A stretch of 64,000 nt of DNA from Octopus sinensis (GCF_006345805.1 NC_043019.1:20149360-20213359), one strand, 5' to 3'. Shown: positions 40,110 to 54,300, numbered from the stretch's first letter. Numbers and translations are program-made. The notes: generated by a model not told the origin, from the sequence alone.

Positions 40110-40360
40110 AGGAACTGATGTGGTGGTAGCATATATTTGGGACAGTTTGTAATGTGGGACGGTGTGAGTAGAACAGGAACTGATGTGGTGGTAGCATATA
40201 TTTGGGACAGTTTGTAATGTGGGACGGTGTGAGCAGAACATGAACTGATGTGGTGGTAGCATATATTTGGGACAGTTTGTAATGTGGGACGGTGTGAGTA
40301 GAACAGGAACTGATGTGGTGGTAGCATACATTTGGGACAGTTTGTAATGTGGGACGGTGT
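40110..40360. repeat. 65-bp minisatellite, about 3.9 copies, in the MAD1 3' UTR region
   Basis: Unit starts at 40110, 40175, 40240, 40305. Confidence 0.95.
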
Positions 40361-40578
40361 GGGGGAAAAGGTGTGTAATGTATGTAGGGTGTTGAGTATT
40401 TTTAAAACAGTGCATTAAATACCAGTTACTGGGTGTTGCATAGGATGAAATATAGACACTGACACGAGGCATATAGGATTCTTTTATACAGTGTCAATAT
40501 GTATGTGGTGATCATTTGAGTGCAGTGTATTATGCCACATTTTCATCAGTTGGTCATACCATAGCAGTGTTTATGTGT

Positions 40579-40734
40579 CTACATGTTTCCTGTATGTCGA
40601 CTGAACAGATCCAAAGTGATGCTGCTCAGGTAGGCAGGGATGCTGTCCTGCTTCTCCAGATAGAGTTCAATGAGTTTGCTGGTTGTCTTGGAGAAGCTGG
40701 TTTCCAGTAACTGCAGCTCACCCGATGGTCCTCT
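40579..40734 (-). CDS. MAD1L1: MAD1 terminal coding exon ([12 protein letters not shown]...FSRHTGNM*)
   Basis: ccaaccag acceptor, TAG at 40579-40581; matches the MAD1 C-terminus. Confidence 0.95.
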   Translation of the reverse strand, partial: RGPSGELQLLETSFSKTTSKLIELYLEKQDSIPAYLSSITLDLFSRHTGNM

Positions 40735-43700
40735 CTGGTTGGAAGACAAAACAAAATTACATTTGTTATAAAACAATATATAAACATTGTGTGATATTTA
40801 CGATATACATACGTCTGTGTTTCAGATCAGGACACCCACATAAGTTGAATTTCTTTCTTTATTACCCACAGGGGGCTAAACATAGAGGGGGGGCAAACAA
40901 GGGCAGACAAACGGTTTAAGTCGATTACATCGACTCCAGTGATTAACTTGTACTTAATTTATCGACCCCGAAAGGATGAAAGGCAAAGTCGACCGCGGCG
41001 GAATTTGAACTCAGAACGTAACGGCAGACAAAATACGGCTACGCATTTCACCCGGCGTGCTAACGTTTCTGCCAGCTCCAAGCCCTAATTCAGCATAAGT
41101 TGAATTGTCTCTGTTTGGACAGGGATTTTCCCAGTTTTTTATGCCACAGCCTTAACCCTTTAACATTCAGATTAATCTGTCAAATGTAGTGCTTATTTAT
41201 ATACATTGCTTACGTTTATATATATTGCTTACATTTATATACATGCCGGTGGCACGTAAAAGCACCATCCGTTCGTGTCCGTTGCCAGCCTGGCCTGGCC
41301 CCCGTGCCGGTGGCACGTAAAAGCACCATCCGTTCGTGGCCATTTGCCAGCTCCGTCTGGCACCAGTGCGGGTGGCACGTAAAAAGCACCCACTACACTC
41401 ACGGAGTGGTTGGCGTTAGGAAGAGCATCCAGCCGTAGAAACACTGCCAGATCAGACTGGAGCCTGGTGCAGCCTCCTGGCTTCCCAGACACCGGTCAAA
41501 CCATCCAACCCATGCAGGGAAAGCAGACGCTAAATGATGATGGTGATGATTGCTTGAAATTAATTATGCATTATCTTTAAGATAGTTTTAAGATTTTGAT
41601 GATGTGCATGTTTACTTTAAATGTACATGTCTAAATTATCATTAACAACTAAAATAATTATAAATTCAAATTTAACTGTCAATAGTTATATAGAATACAA
41701 TAAAATTTCTTAAATAAAAAAATTTACTTAACTCACAAAAAGCGTGTCATTAACTAAAATTTCAAAATGTGTGTGTATGATGAGTGTTTGTATGTGTTTG
41801 TGTATGTAAGTTGTGTGTGTATGTTAATTTGCGTGTGTACATGTGAGTTTGTGTGAGTGCTTTTGTCTGTGTCTGAGTATGTGTGTGTGAGTCTTTGTAT
41901 GTGCGTGTGTGTACCAACCTGGAAGAGGAGACAGTCATCTGAGGACTCAGAGTAGGCATTACATAATTTGTAGTTGTTGGCGCTAGTAATGTCCAAACGG
42001 TAACCCATTAAACGGTACGTAGCTTCCCTGACCTCTTGGCTGGTCTTCTTAAATGTTTGTAGCAGACGCTTGTTCTTTAATTCTGAAGTCTCCAGCTGAG
42101 AACGTAATTCTACAAAAGAAAGGAAGAGATAATGAGAGAGAGAGAGAGAGAAGAAACAGACAGACAGATAGAGAGAAAGAGATAGAGATACAAAAAGAAA
42201 GAAAGAAAGATAGATACATACATACATATATACATATATATATATGACGGGCTTCTTTCAGTTTCTGTCTACCAAATCCACTCACAAGGCACTGGTCGGC
42301 CCGAAGCTACAGTAGAAGACACTTGCATGAGGTGCCACGCAGTGGGACTGAACCTGGAACCATGTGGTTGGTAAGCAAGCTACTTACCACACAATGGGCA
42401 CAGATACATAGATACATGATGAAAACCTAACCAATGATAGCCCTAGAATATGAAAATATAGCCATAATAAACACAAGAACAGATATGGTGGAGCTGATTC
42501 TTACCAACAACTTCCTTACAATTGCAACCGTCTTGCAGTTTCTGTTCCACTTGTAACGTAACATCTGCAGCTTGTCCACCAGACTGTTCCAAAACCTTCA
42601 CCCGAGCCTGTAATCGGTCAATTTCACTTTGCATATAAGAAATCTTCTCTTTCCGCTTCTGCTGGTCCACAGAAGATGGGTTGAGGGTCATGTGTATAAC
42701 TTTGGTTTTGGTCGGGTCGTAGTCTCCCTGTCGGTAAATTGAAATCCAGATAGTAACTTAGTAAGGAGAAAAGCAACCGTGTAAGAGTCGTAAGGGGTGA
42801 ATAAAAACAACAAAAAAATTGGTAACAGGAAGGATGTCATCATTATCATCAACATCCATGTTCCATGCTGAGACGGTCGGATGATTTGACAGGACCAGGT
42901 GGAACCAAGGCTTGCATAGTGCTCCACTGCCTGATTTGCTATGGTTTCTATTGGTGGATGCCCTTCCAAACACCAACCTATTTCTTTACTACCCACAAGG
43001 GGTTAAACACAAAGAGGTAAAACAAGGACAGACAAACGGATTAAGTCGATTACATCGACCCCAGTGCGTAACTGGTACTTATTTAATCGACCCCAAAAGG
43101 ATGAAAAGCAAAGTCGACCTCGGCGGAATTTGAACTCAGAAGGTGGAAAGTGATGTCGACCTTGATGGAATTTTGAACAACCATCACATGCTGTACACTA
43201 CATACTACCTATGAACTCAGAACGTAACGGCAGGCGAAATACCTATTTCTTTATTACCCACAAGGGGCTAAACACAGAGGGGACAAACAAGGACAGACAA
43301 ACGGATTAAGTCGATTACATCGACCCCAGTGCGTAACTGGTACTTATTTAATCGACCCCGAAAGGATGAAAGGCAAAGTCGACCTTGACGGAATTTGAAC
43401 TCAGAACGTAGCAGCAGACGAAATACCGCTAAGCATTTCGCCCGCGTGGTAACAATTCTGCCTGCTCGCCGCCTTCCAAACACCAACCACTCTACAGCAA
43501 GTGTCATCATGCAGCTTGCAGGATGTGAAATTTTTTTTTTTTCCCACGAGAGTTCCGGACCCCAGTTATGAACTCATTTGCATACAACCAATCATAGCAC
43601 AACCTATCAAACTAATTTATGAGTGCATAACAAGTGACGGGCGATAAGATAAGGTCACTTGGGTAAGGAATGACCATGTTACTTTTCTCTTTTAACAATG

Positions 43701-46700
43701 CTTGTTCCAACCATGGCTGCCTCTGCATAGTTATTTGAGTTGCTTACTTTGTAAAACAGTAAAGGGAGAGGGTTGCTTGCACATCACTCTCTACCCACTT
43801 GAGCAAACAGTCCTCAACTTGTTCCATTTACCAAAAGGTTTGCAAGGCACCAGCAACCCCAAGAGACACACATGTATCCATAGAACATGATTTCTGCTTT
43901 ATGTTACTAAACCTTCATTTGTTGCTTATGTTGAGAGAATCCATCATCATCATATCATCACCATTTAACGTCCGCTTTCCATGCTAGCATGGGTTGGACG
44001 ATTTGACTGAGGACTGGCAAACCAGACAGCTGCACCAAGCTTCAATCTGATCAGGCAGAGTTTCTACAGCTGGATGCCCTTCCTAACGCCAACCACTCCA
44101 AGAGTGTAGTGGGTGCTTTTACGTGCCACCGGCATGAGGGCCAGTCAGGCGGTACTGGCAATGGCCATGTTCAAATTTTGTCATGTATATATATACATAT
44201 ATATATATATACTGATTATTAATTTCCAGCTCTAAAACCTGCACCTTCTTTTCTGAAATGCAAGTGGTCATGTAACTTCCTCTTCAGCAAGAAACCTCTT
44301 CTGCTGTGACCCATTTCCCTTCTCTACTCCTATTCTCCTAGCATAAAATTCCTCCTCTGTATTCAAGGTTCATAGTCTTGAAAGCCACATGGCATCTTCA
44401 CAAGTGCTGGTGGCATGAATAAAGCACCCAGTACATACTGTTAAGGGGTACACATTATAAAGGTACCCAGCCACAGAAACCATGCCATAACAGACACTGA
44501 GGCAATACAATCCTAGGGCTGCATCAGATCATGTCAAGCCATCCAGTCCGCTAATGTGTATGTTGATGATGATGGCAACTGAACAATAATCTATGAACCA
44601 TACCTAGGCACCTATACTGTACTCATCAAAACACCAGCACAGACTGCCATCTGTAGTGGAGATCAGTCAAAGCTGATGCAATCCCTTAAACTTCTATCAT
44701 ATATCACTTACCTGTAATTGACGTTCTTCCAGCTTCATCTCCAGGTAGTTCTTCTCCTCAAGAGCTACTTCTAACTTTTTCTCCAGATCAGCAATTTTCT
44801 CTCTGCAATAACAAATAACACCAAAAAATGTATCAAGCATATATATATATATCATCATCAGCATCATCATCGTTTAGCGTCTGCTTTCCATGCTGGCATG
44901 GGTTGGACGGTTCAACTGGGGTCTGGGAAGCCAGAAGGCTGCACCAGGCCCAGTCTGATCTGGCAATGTTTCTACAGCTGGATGCCCTTCCTAACGCCAA
45001 CCACTCCATGAGTGTAGTGGGTGCTTTTTACGTGCCAGACAAGGCTGGCAAACGGCCACGATCGGATGGTGCCTTTTACGTGCCACCAGCACGGAGGCCA
45101 GGCGAGGCTGGCAACGGCCATTATATATATATAATATTTTAATTTTCTTCCTATGTGAATTATTTTGGAAATTGTGATAAATTTTTCGAAAAGTTCCAAA
45201 TGCGGTTCGCTGAAAAAAGCATATTTATCCTTTTCTATTCAATTGCGATAATAAACATTTTAGTATTTTTGAAACTATAGTATCAAATGCAAATGTTTAT
45301 GAAATATCAATGAATGATATAGATGGGAAATGCAAAAAAAAGAACAGCTAGATTCTTTAACCCTAATTTTGTGGTTATAGAACCTAGCTGTTCTTTCTAG
45401 CATGTTGAATCCCATGAGTAGATTCCTTATGTGTTTAAATGTACACTATATTTTATATATATATAGTATTACTGTAAATGTGGGTACAGAGACAATCTAA
45501 TAAATAGGCAGGCAGATACATATAATTATTTACCTGAGTTGTAAATCAATTTTCTCATTAACATTTCTCAAGTTAGACATAGCTGCAGTAGTCTGGAGCA
45601 TAGAGGATGGCACTGGCTACAAGAGATAATAACAAGGAAAAACATGAAGTAAAAAGTCACACCTGTCTGCAGCAACAGTAAATAATAAGGTGCAAACATA
45701 AAATACACCTGTAATTAAATTTACAAAACATTGCAAATTTTGATGCGAAAACATGTGATAAACATTTGGCAACCAGGTGCACATGTATTTAAATATAAAC
45801 TATAAAGTACACAAAGTTTAAAATTGTAAAATATTAATGCAGGTATGTGTGTGTGTCTATATGAGTGAGAATATTTGAATGAACTGGATTCGGATCTTTT
45901 CACTTTGACCGGCAGATTTTTAAAATAATTTCTTTGTAACTAAACACTTTTAAACTTCGTATACTGGTAGAATGTGTTACATAAAACATTTTTTTTCTCT
46001 TGGCTTTCTTGAGAAAATTCTGTAGTTTGTAAGCTATTTGTTGTTAAATTTCTTGCATTTCAGCAATTTCAACCAATCAATGACGTCTATTGAGGTGAAT
46101 ACAATTTCTGCTGTTGTTTGTCAACAACTTCCTGCGGTCTCTATTTAGTTTGTCACTGTTATTTATGACACATTTCATATCAGTCACGTTTGTATGAATA
46201 AAAGATTGTGGGGTTAGGGATAGGGTTAGGGCTAAGGGTTTCCTTTTTCTTCAGAAATGTAAATAAACCCACGTGGGTTTATAAGTGACAGCTACACCAC
46301 CGGAAGTTCTTGTTGAATTTGTTGACAAACAACAGCAGAAATTGTATTTGTGGGAATATGTGGATTTACTTTCTTGTCTGTAAAATAAAGAAATTAAGAG
46401 AGATAGGAAGAGAGAGAGATAGGAAGAGAGAGAGAGGGAAGAAGAAAAAAGTGAAGAGAAAGAGGGAAGGTGGAAGAGAGAGAGAGAGAGTATAGAGGTA
46501 GAAAAGCTGTAAATTGTTTCAATGGCAATAGTGATACCTCTATCATTAGTTGGCCTCCCTGTGAAGTGGGAGCCTTCAGGGAAGATTCCTGCATATCTAT
46601 GGTCTGACGTAGGGCGGTCAGCATTTCCTCCAGCGTATTGATGCGAGTCCTCAATATTGAATCGGAGTTCATGATGGTTGACTCGTGGTCATATGAAGCA

Positions 46701-47064
46701 ATAATCTGCTGGTAACCGTCCCGTTCCTGCAATGAAATCAAATAAAAGGTTTTCGATCATTCGAGAATTTTCTTGGACACTCAACCACATCATCATCATC
46801 ATCGTTTAGTGTCCGCTTTCCATGCTAGCATGGGTTGGACGGGTCATCTGGGGTCTGGGAAGCCAGAAGGCTGCATCAGGCTCCAGTCTGATCTGGCAAT
46901 GTTTCTACGGCTGGATGCCCTTCCTAATGCCAACCACTCCATGAGTGTGGTGGGTGCTTTTTACGTGCCACCGGCACAGGTGCCAGACAGGGCTGGCAAA
47001 CGGCCACGGTCGGATGGTGCTTTTTACATGCCACCAGCACGGGGGCCAGGCAAGGCTGGCAACG

Positions 47065-47121
<57 letters not shown>

Positions 47122-50100
47122 TAAATTTTCTTCCTATGTGAATTATTTTGGAAATTGTGATAAATTTTTCAGTAGTATTATATTCACTATATTTACACCT
47201 ACCCTATCAGGGCTTTAACCTCCATGGATTTACACAGGATTGAACTTGAAGACTTACTTCTACATGATTGGAAAATGGAACTATGAACTTTCATGCTTCT
47301 TTCTACTTCTCTTTCTTCATCTCCTTATTCCTCTATTCCTGACCTCTATGTTGTCATTTCATTAATCTACACTCTCCTCATTTTCCCTATTTGTCTCCGA
47401 TGAAGAAATATCCCATACTCTGGGATATCCCAGAAACAGCTGTAAGACTTAGAATTTTTTTCCAATAATAATAATAATGTAAAGTATACTAGCCATTTCA
47501 ATATGGCTAACCACTAAGGGTGGGTGTTACTGTAGCTTTTAGCCCCAAGAGATCATCATCTCTTGCTGGCTTTAGACACAATTTCTGTGCCCTTATGGTA
47601 TTTGAAAAGGGAGGTCATCCCTCTCTCGTCAACCTAAGTGATAATAATGTATATGACTCAATATTTGCCTTGCCTTAACGTTTATTGTCCTATTTAAAAA
47701 TTATATATCTGCAACATCAGAAATCTGCAATGGTTCCATAACTATTGACTCAGCAACAAATTTGGAGCCCTAGTAATCTATTACAGCACTTACCCAGCGT
47801 ACCTAGCCATTTAGACCACCTGTGAACTAAACCCCCATATTTTGTATATAAAAAAATATACATATATACATTATGGCTGCTCCCTCGTTATCCAGTACGG
47901 CCATTGCACGAAGCTTAACTGTTATTGGTGCTGTGATCGAATGTGACTTTTTAGCCCAGCTAAAGATCTACAATGTCTTGTACAAAATTGGCAACTAAAA
48001 CCTTTACTGGTAATAGCCGGCTGTAGTTGTAACTGGGCTTCATGTACCTTTGCATGTCATTTAAGTTCTCCTGCCGAATTACACTCTCTTCCACATGCCC
48101 AACAGATATGATTAGTATGGTGTGTTACACCACCACCAGTGGCCAGGTTGTCACTCATCTGTCTCGTTTAATGACTATGAAAATGACTCATGAGTCATAT
48201 ATACACATATATATAAACACACACACACACGCATATATATATATATTTGCTTTCCAAATGCAACACTTCCTTACCTATTCGATAGTATAATCTCTACATC
48301 AAGACCAACATCTCTTGACAGTGTGCGTCCAAGGTAAACAAAGGTGTCAACAACTTCTAACCTTGTGCCGTTCACAAAAATGCTTGGTTCAGATTATGTC
48401 TCTACTGGCACAGCAGAGTCTATGTTCTGTAACCTACTTGATACTGACCCTAGTTCAATGATACTAAATTCATGTTTAAAACTGATCTAAATCCCAACTT
48501 TCCATTAAAATTTTATATTAATTTATCAGTTTGATAATGACAAAGTTACTTTATTAAATTCATTATTTTTTCAAAATTAATTGAATAAAGAAAGGGTATT
48601 CCAACAGAAATACGATAACAATAAGGTAACGATAACAAATACATACACACACATATATGTATCTATATACACATATATATACACACACATCATCATCATC
48701 ATTTAACGTCCGCTTTCCATGCTGGCATGGGTTGGACGGTTCAACTGGGGTCTGGGAAGCCAGAAGGCTGCACCAGGCCCAGTCTGATCTGGCAGTGTTT
48801 CTACAGCTGGATGCCCTTCCTAACGCCAACCACTCCGCGAGTGTAGTTAAAATGCACCCTTTCAAAGCGTAGCCAGGCTCATGGGCCCAGTTTCCTGGTT
48901 TCAATGGCGTATGTGTTCCCCAGCTGGATGGGACACCAGTCCATCGCAGCGTTACTCATTTTTGCCAGCTGAGTGGACTGCAGCAATGTGAAATGAAGTG
49001 TTTTGCTCAAGAACACAACGCGTCACCTGGTCCAGGAATCGAAACCACAATCTTACGATCATGATGCTGACACCCTAACCACTAAGCCACACGCCTCCAC
49101 ATGCATATATATATACACACACACATATATATACATACATACACACACATATACATTCACATATATATATATACATACATATATACACGCATACATGATG
49201 ATTGCTTCATTTTGACAGATGATCGCCATCCCATCAACACACACCGCACTCCAAGTGACAGACATTATTCAAGTTTCTTCTGTATCTATTTCTTTACTAC
49301 ACACAAGGGGCTAAACATAGAGGGGACAAACAAGGACAGATAAAGGGATTAAGTCAATTACATCGACCCCAGTGCGTAACTGGTCCTTAATTTATCAACC
49401 TCGAAAGGATGAAAGGCAAAGTCGACCTCGGCGGAATTTGAACTCAGAACGTAACGGCAGACGAAATACCTATTTCTTTACTACCCACAAGGGGCTAAAC
49501 ACAGAGGACAAACAAGGACAGATAAAGGGATTAAGTCGATTACATCGACCCCAATGCGTAACTGGTCCTTAATTTATCGACCCCGAAAGGATGAAAGGCA
49601 AAGTCGACCTCGGCGGAATTTGAACTCAGAACGTCATGGCAGACGAAATATCGCTAAGCATTTCACCCGGCGTGCTAACGTTTCTGCCAGCTCGCCGCCC
49701 TTTATACATTCACATATATATATATACATGTATACACGCATACATGATGATTGCTTCATTTTGACAGATGATCGCCATCCCATCAACACACACCGCACTC
49801 CAAGTGACAGACATTATTCAAGTTTCTTCTGTGTCTTTGCTGTTTGGAATCTGATTAATGCCATTGAGAGTCAGAGAGGTGAGCAAAGAACGCAAACGAA
49901 GAATGTAACAAGGAGCATAGTGAAAACACTGAATGGCAAACGGATGAATGTCTGATAATGGTAGAAGCACTCCGTCGGTTACGACGACGAGTGTTCCGGT
50001 TGATCCGAATCAACGGAACAGCCTGCTCGTGAAATTAACGTGTAAGTGGCTGAGCACTCCACAGACACGTGTACCCTTAACGTAGTTCTCGGGGATATTC

Positions 50101-51286
50101 AGCGTGACACAGAGAGTGACAAGGCCGGCCCTTTGAAATACAGGTACAACAGAAACAGGAAGTAAGAGTGAGAGAAAGTTGTGGCGAAAGAGCACAGCAG
50201 GGATCACCACCATCCCCTGCCGGAGCCTCGTGGAGCTTTTAGGTGTTTTCGCTCAATAAACACTCACAACGCCTGGTCTGGGAATCGAAACCGCGATCCT
50301 ACGATCGCAATGGCCCAGTGGTTAGTTTGATAATAAGGATATATTTACTGCTGATAATCTGTAGCACCGTTTCTGCCAAGACCTAATTTGATCCGAATTC
50401 TGCTGGTTTTTGGCAAGCTGAGAAGCTACACTCGACTCAAGCTGGTGGACATCATTTTGGAGTTTCCCAATCGTGTTCTCTTGAGTGGTCACTCTGTAAC
50501 AGAAAATTAAAACAATCATATATGCATTATTTACATTGTATACTCTTTTACTTGTTTCAGTCATTTTGACTGCGGCCATGCTGGAGCACCGCCTTTTTTT
50601 TTTTTTTTTTAAATCGAGCATTCTTTTGTAAGCCCAGTACTTATTCTTCTATCGGTCTCTTTCGCCGAACCGCTAAGTAACGGGGACATAAACACACCAG
50701 CATTGGTTGTCAAGCAGTGCTAGGGGGACAAACACAGACACACAAACATACACATGCATATATATATATACATATATACGATGGGCTTCTTTCAATTTCC
50801 GTCTACCAAATCCACTCACAAGGCATTGGTCGGCCCGAGGCTATAGTAGAAGACACTTGCCCAAGGTGCCACGCAGTGGGACTGAACCCGGAACCATGTG
50901 GTTGGTAAACAAGCTACTTACCACACAGCCACTCCTGCGCCTATGTATGTTTGTACATCGACTGAACGTCAGCTTTTCCGTGCTCCCCAGAGATAGCAAC
51001 AGAATCTCCCTCAAATCACAACTTATTACCTTAATATAAATTGGCAATGGTGGATAACATAATGACAGCTAGACATAAAGATGTGATGGTCACAGCTGGA
51101 ACACTTTTGCTTGATCAGAACTGATCCGAGACTAAACAGCAATACATTTTTTTCCCTCTCAATCCTTTCTGTTGAAGAGCAGAGGCTCAAAATGTCAAAG
51201 ACTTTTCCATTCTTCCTGAGTATTAAACTAATACACCTGCTTGTTGTTCCTCCACCTGTCTTCACCTTTTGTTTTCTGTAAATTTG

Positions 51287-51324
<38 letters not shown>

Positions 51325-54300
51325 CACAGGGTGTCCCAAAAAAATGTATACACATAGTGGTTCGGCAAAAGAGAACGATAGAATAAGTACTAGGCTTACA
51401 AAGAATAACAAATTTACAATTATTTAAGGTGTGTATACATTTTTTTGGGACACCCTGTATATATATATATAGATGACTGGATAACTGAAGAGATGGTGGT
51501 GTGGATTTCCACCTTGGCATCCGAAACTCAGAGTTTTATCTTGGCTACCGAATAATTGTCACCGATTACATATACAGATAAATTCTTCTATTTACATAAT
51601 ATTGAGGTCTCTTTCTTTCTTTTGTTGTCTTACCGTTTTTATCAATATATATATATAAAGTTAATCCAAACAAGAAAGCACAAAAAAACACAACATCGCG
51701 AGGATGTGGAACAAATAAAGTATTATTGGACGCTCAGGAAAGAAGGAAAGAAGGAGGGTTTAACATTTCGAGCTGAGCTCTTCGTCGGAAACATAGAAGG
51801 AAAGATCCAGAGAAGGAAAGACAGAGGGAAAAAAATCGCCAACGGTACACACGAGGTCACATGTATCTGTAAATGTAATATGGGACAATTATTCGGTAGC
51901 CAAGATAAAACTCCGAGTTTCAGATGCCGAGGTGGAAATTCACGCCGCCATCTCTTCAGTTATCTGGCCATCGGAAAAATGGCCAGATAACTGATGAGAT
52001 GGTGGCGTGGATTTCCACCTCGGCATCCGAAACTGAGAGTTTTATCTTGGCTACCGAATAATTGTCACATATTACATTTACAGATAAATTCTTCTATTTA
52101 CATAATATTGAGGTCTCTTTCTTTCTTTCTTTTGTTATCTTACCGTTTTTACCAAGATATATATAATCTTAGTCCATAATCAATATGTTCTTTAAAGAAA
52201 CTTACATTGCCTGCAGTTTGCCGTTCTTCTCCAATAACAAAGCTTCAGTGTTCTGCAAGTCAAAAATGGTTTTCTTCACAACTGCTGGGGTCCTGTGAGA
52301 TAAAAAGTACATACATAGCAGAAATTATGATAAACACAAATTTCTATCATTCGTTCCCTACATACGTTTCACCATTGTGGCTGTTTGAAATCTCTGCATT
52401 GAATGTTTCCAAGTGCAATTGGATGTTGAACCACAACAGACCACCCAGGGAAACATTTCATTGCATTACGTTACATTTACAATGGTGAAAATTGTGTAGG
52501 GAACAAAAGAGATGAACTTGAGTTTATCATGATTCTTCCTACATTTGCTCTGTTTATCATAACCAGCAATACAGCTAAGTATGACAATAACCACACCACT
52601 ATACTGGAAGCAGGAGTGGCTGGTGATAAATCCAGTAGTGGTGGTCAAATATTCAACTATACAAACAAGATATACTATATATATATAGATACATATATAC
52701 ATACACATATATCCATATATAAATGCACACACACACACACACACAAATGTACATACACATACATGAGTGTGTGGGGTGGTTGTATATGTGTATGTATAAA
52801 GAGAGAGATGAGGTGAAGGAGGAATAGGAAGAGACATAAAAGTTTAAAAAATAAAGAACTCACAAAGAACTGCAAGTGTTTCTGCCATCATTCAAAGCCT
52901 GCCATTGCTGTAACTGTTGCTTGGCAACCTAACAAAATAAATAGACCAAATAGTAGTGGGCTTTCAAAAGTGACACCTCTCTCTACTGCAGCAACCCCCT
53001 TCCCAGCTCAGTTACAGTGCAAGAAATGTGTCCGGGCCAGTGGCACATAAAAGGCACCATTCGAGTGTGATCGTTACCAGCGTCGCCTTACTGGCACTTG
53101 AGCCCCGTGCTAGTAGGGTGCCAAGAGCACCATCTGAGCGTGATCGTTGCCAGAACAGCCAACTTTTGTTTTTTACAATTTAGTTAACACTAGCAGTATC
53201 GCCCGGTGTTGCTCGGGTTTGTAAGGGAAATAACTATATAAGCATTTTTAGAGATGTAAAGTATAATAGCCATCTCAATATGGCTAACCACAAGGGGGGG
53301 GGTTGTTACTGTAGCTTTTTACGTTCTGAGATTTAATAATACATTTTTAGAGAGTTACTTCCCTTATATAATAGCAAAAAAAATGCATTAAAAATGGGAA
53401 AAAATGATGGTAAATTTTTTTTAAACGTAGACTCATCATAGACGCGCTAATACCCAGAAGGGCTCCATATGAATCACGACTATAAGATACCCGGTTTTGG
53501 TTACACTGCACCACAAAATGTGGGAGTAGTTAGGAATCTAAATCATAGGAGACAGACACCACACAACCTCACTTTTATATATATAGATGACCTTAGCACA
53601 GGCTGTTTCCCAACACACCACCCTGAATGACATAATCAGAAGGGGTCTTGACACAGTTGGTTTCCCGTCTCAACTTTAGTCTGCAGACCTTGACCACAGG
53701 GACAGTAAGTGTCCTAACAGGATAACTCTCTTCCCATTCAAGGGAGGCAGATACCTTGTCTGGGATGCGATGTACAGCAACACATTACCCAGCTCCAACC
53801 TCGTGGTGTCTGTTGCAAAACCACCCTGGTGTCGCCACCCATAATGCGGAGGAGAGAAAAATCATTAGGTACAGGAGTTTGGCCAGCAACTAATCGTTTG
53901 TGCCGGACACTCTTGAGACGTCAGTTTTCTAGGATCCTGTACCACCAAAATAGGGATAGTACCTGCAAAGTAGGGATAGTGGAAGCCCATTGGGGAAATG
54001 AATCCCATGAGGTGGAGTGGCTACTGCAGCAAGGGTCGCTGGTCATTCTCCACAGCAATACCATTGCGGTCATTACCACAGGACACATTACCCTGGATCT
54101 TTCCACCTCCACACCCAAAGAGGCAGTCCCAACCACTTTGGGAACCACTGCACTAGAGGGTATGAATAAGAAAAAAAACAGATGGGGTTAGATAGAACAG
54201 GGGAGATACGATACACTACAGGGGTGGGTATGAGAAGAGGGGAGAGATTAGACAGAACAGGGGAAATGTGAGACACTATAGGGGTGGGGGCAAGAAAGAA

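Noticed and set aside
47875-47925. Resemblance of the shared motif (minus strand AGCTTCGTGCAGTGGC) to the U4 snRNA 5' end or a twister ribozyme
   Set aside because: Similarity stops after about 20 nt; there is no U4 Sm site and no twister L4 (CAAGC) or P1 pairing.
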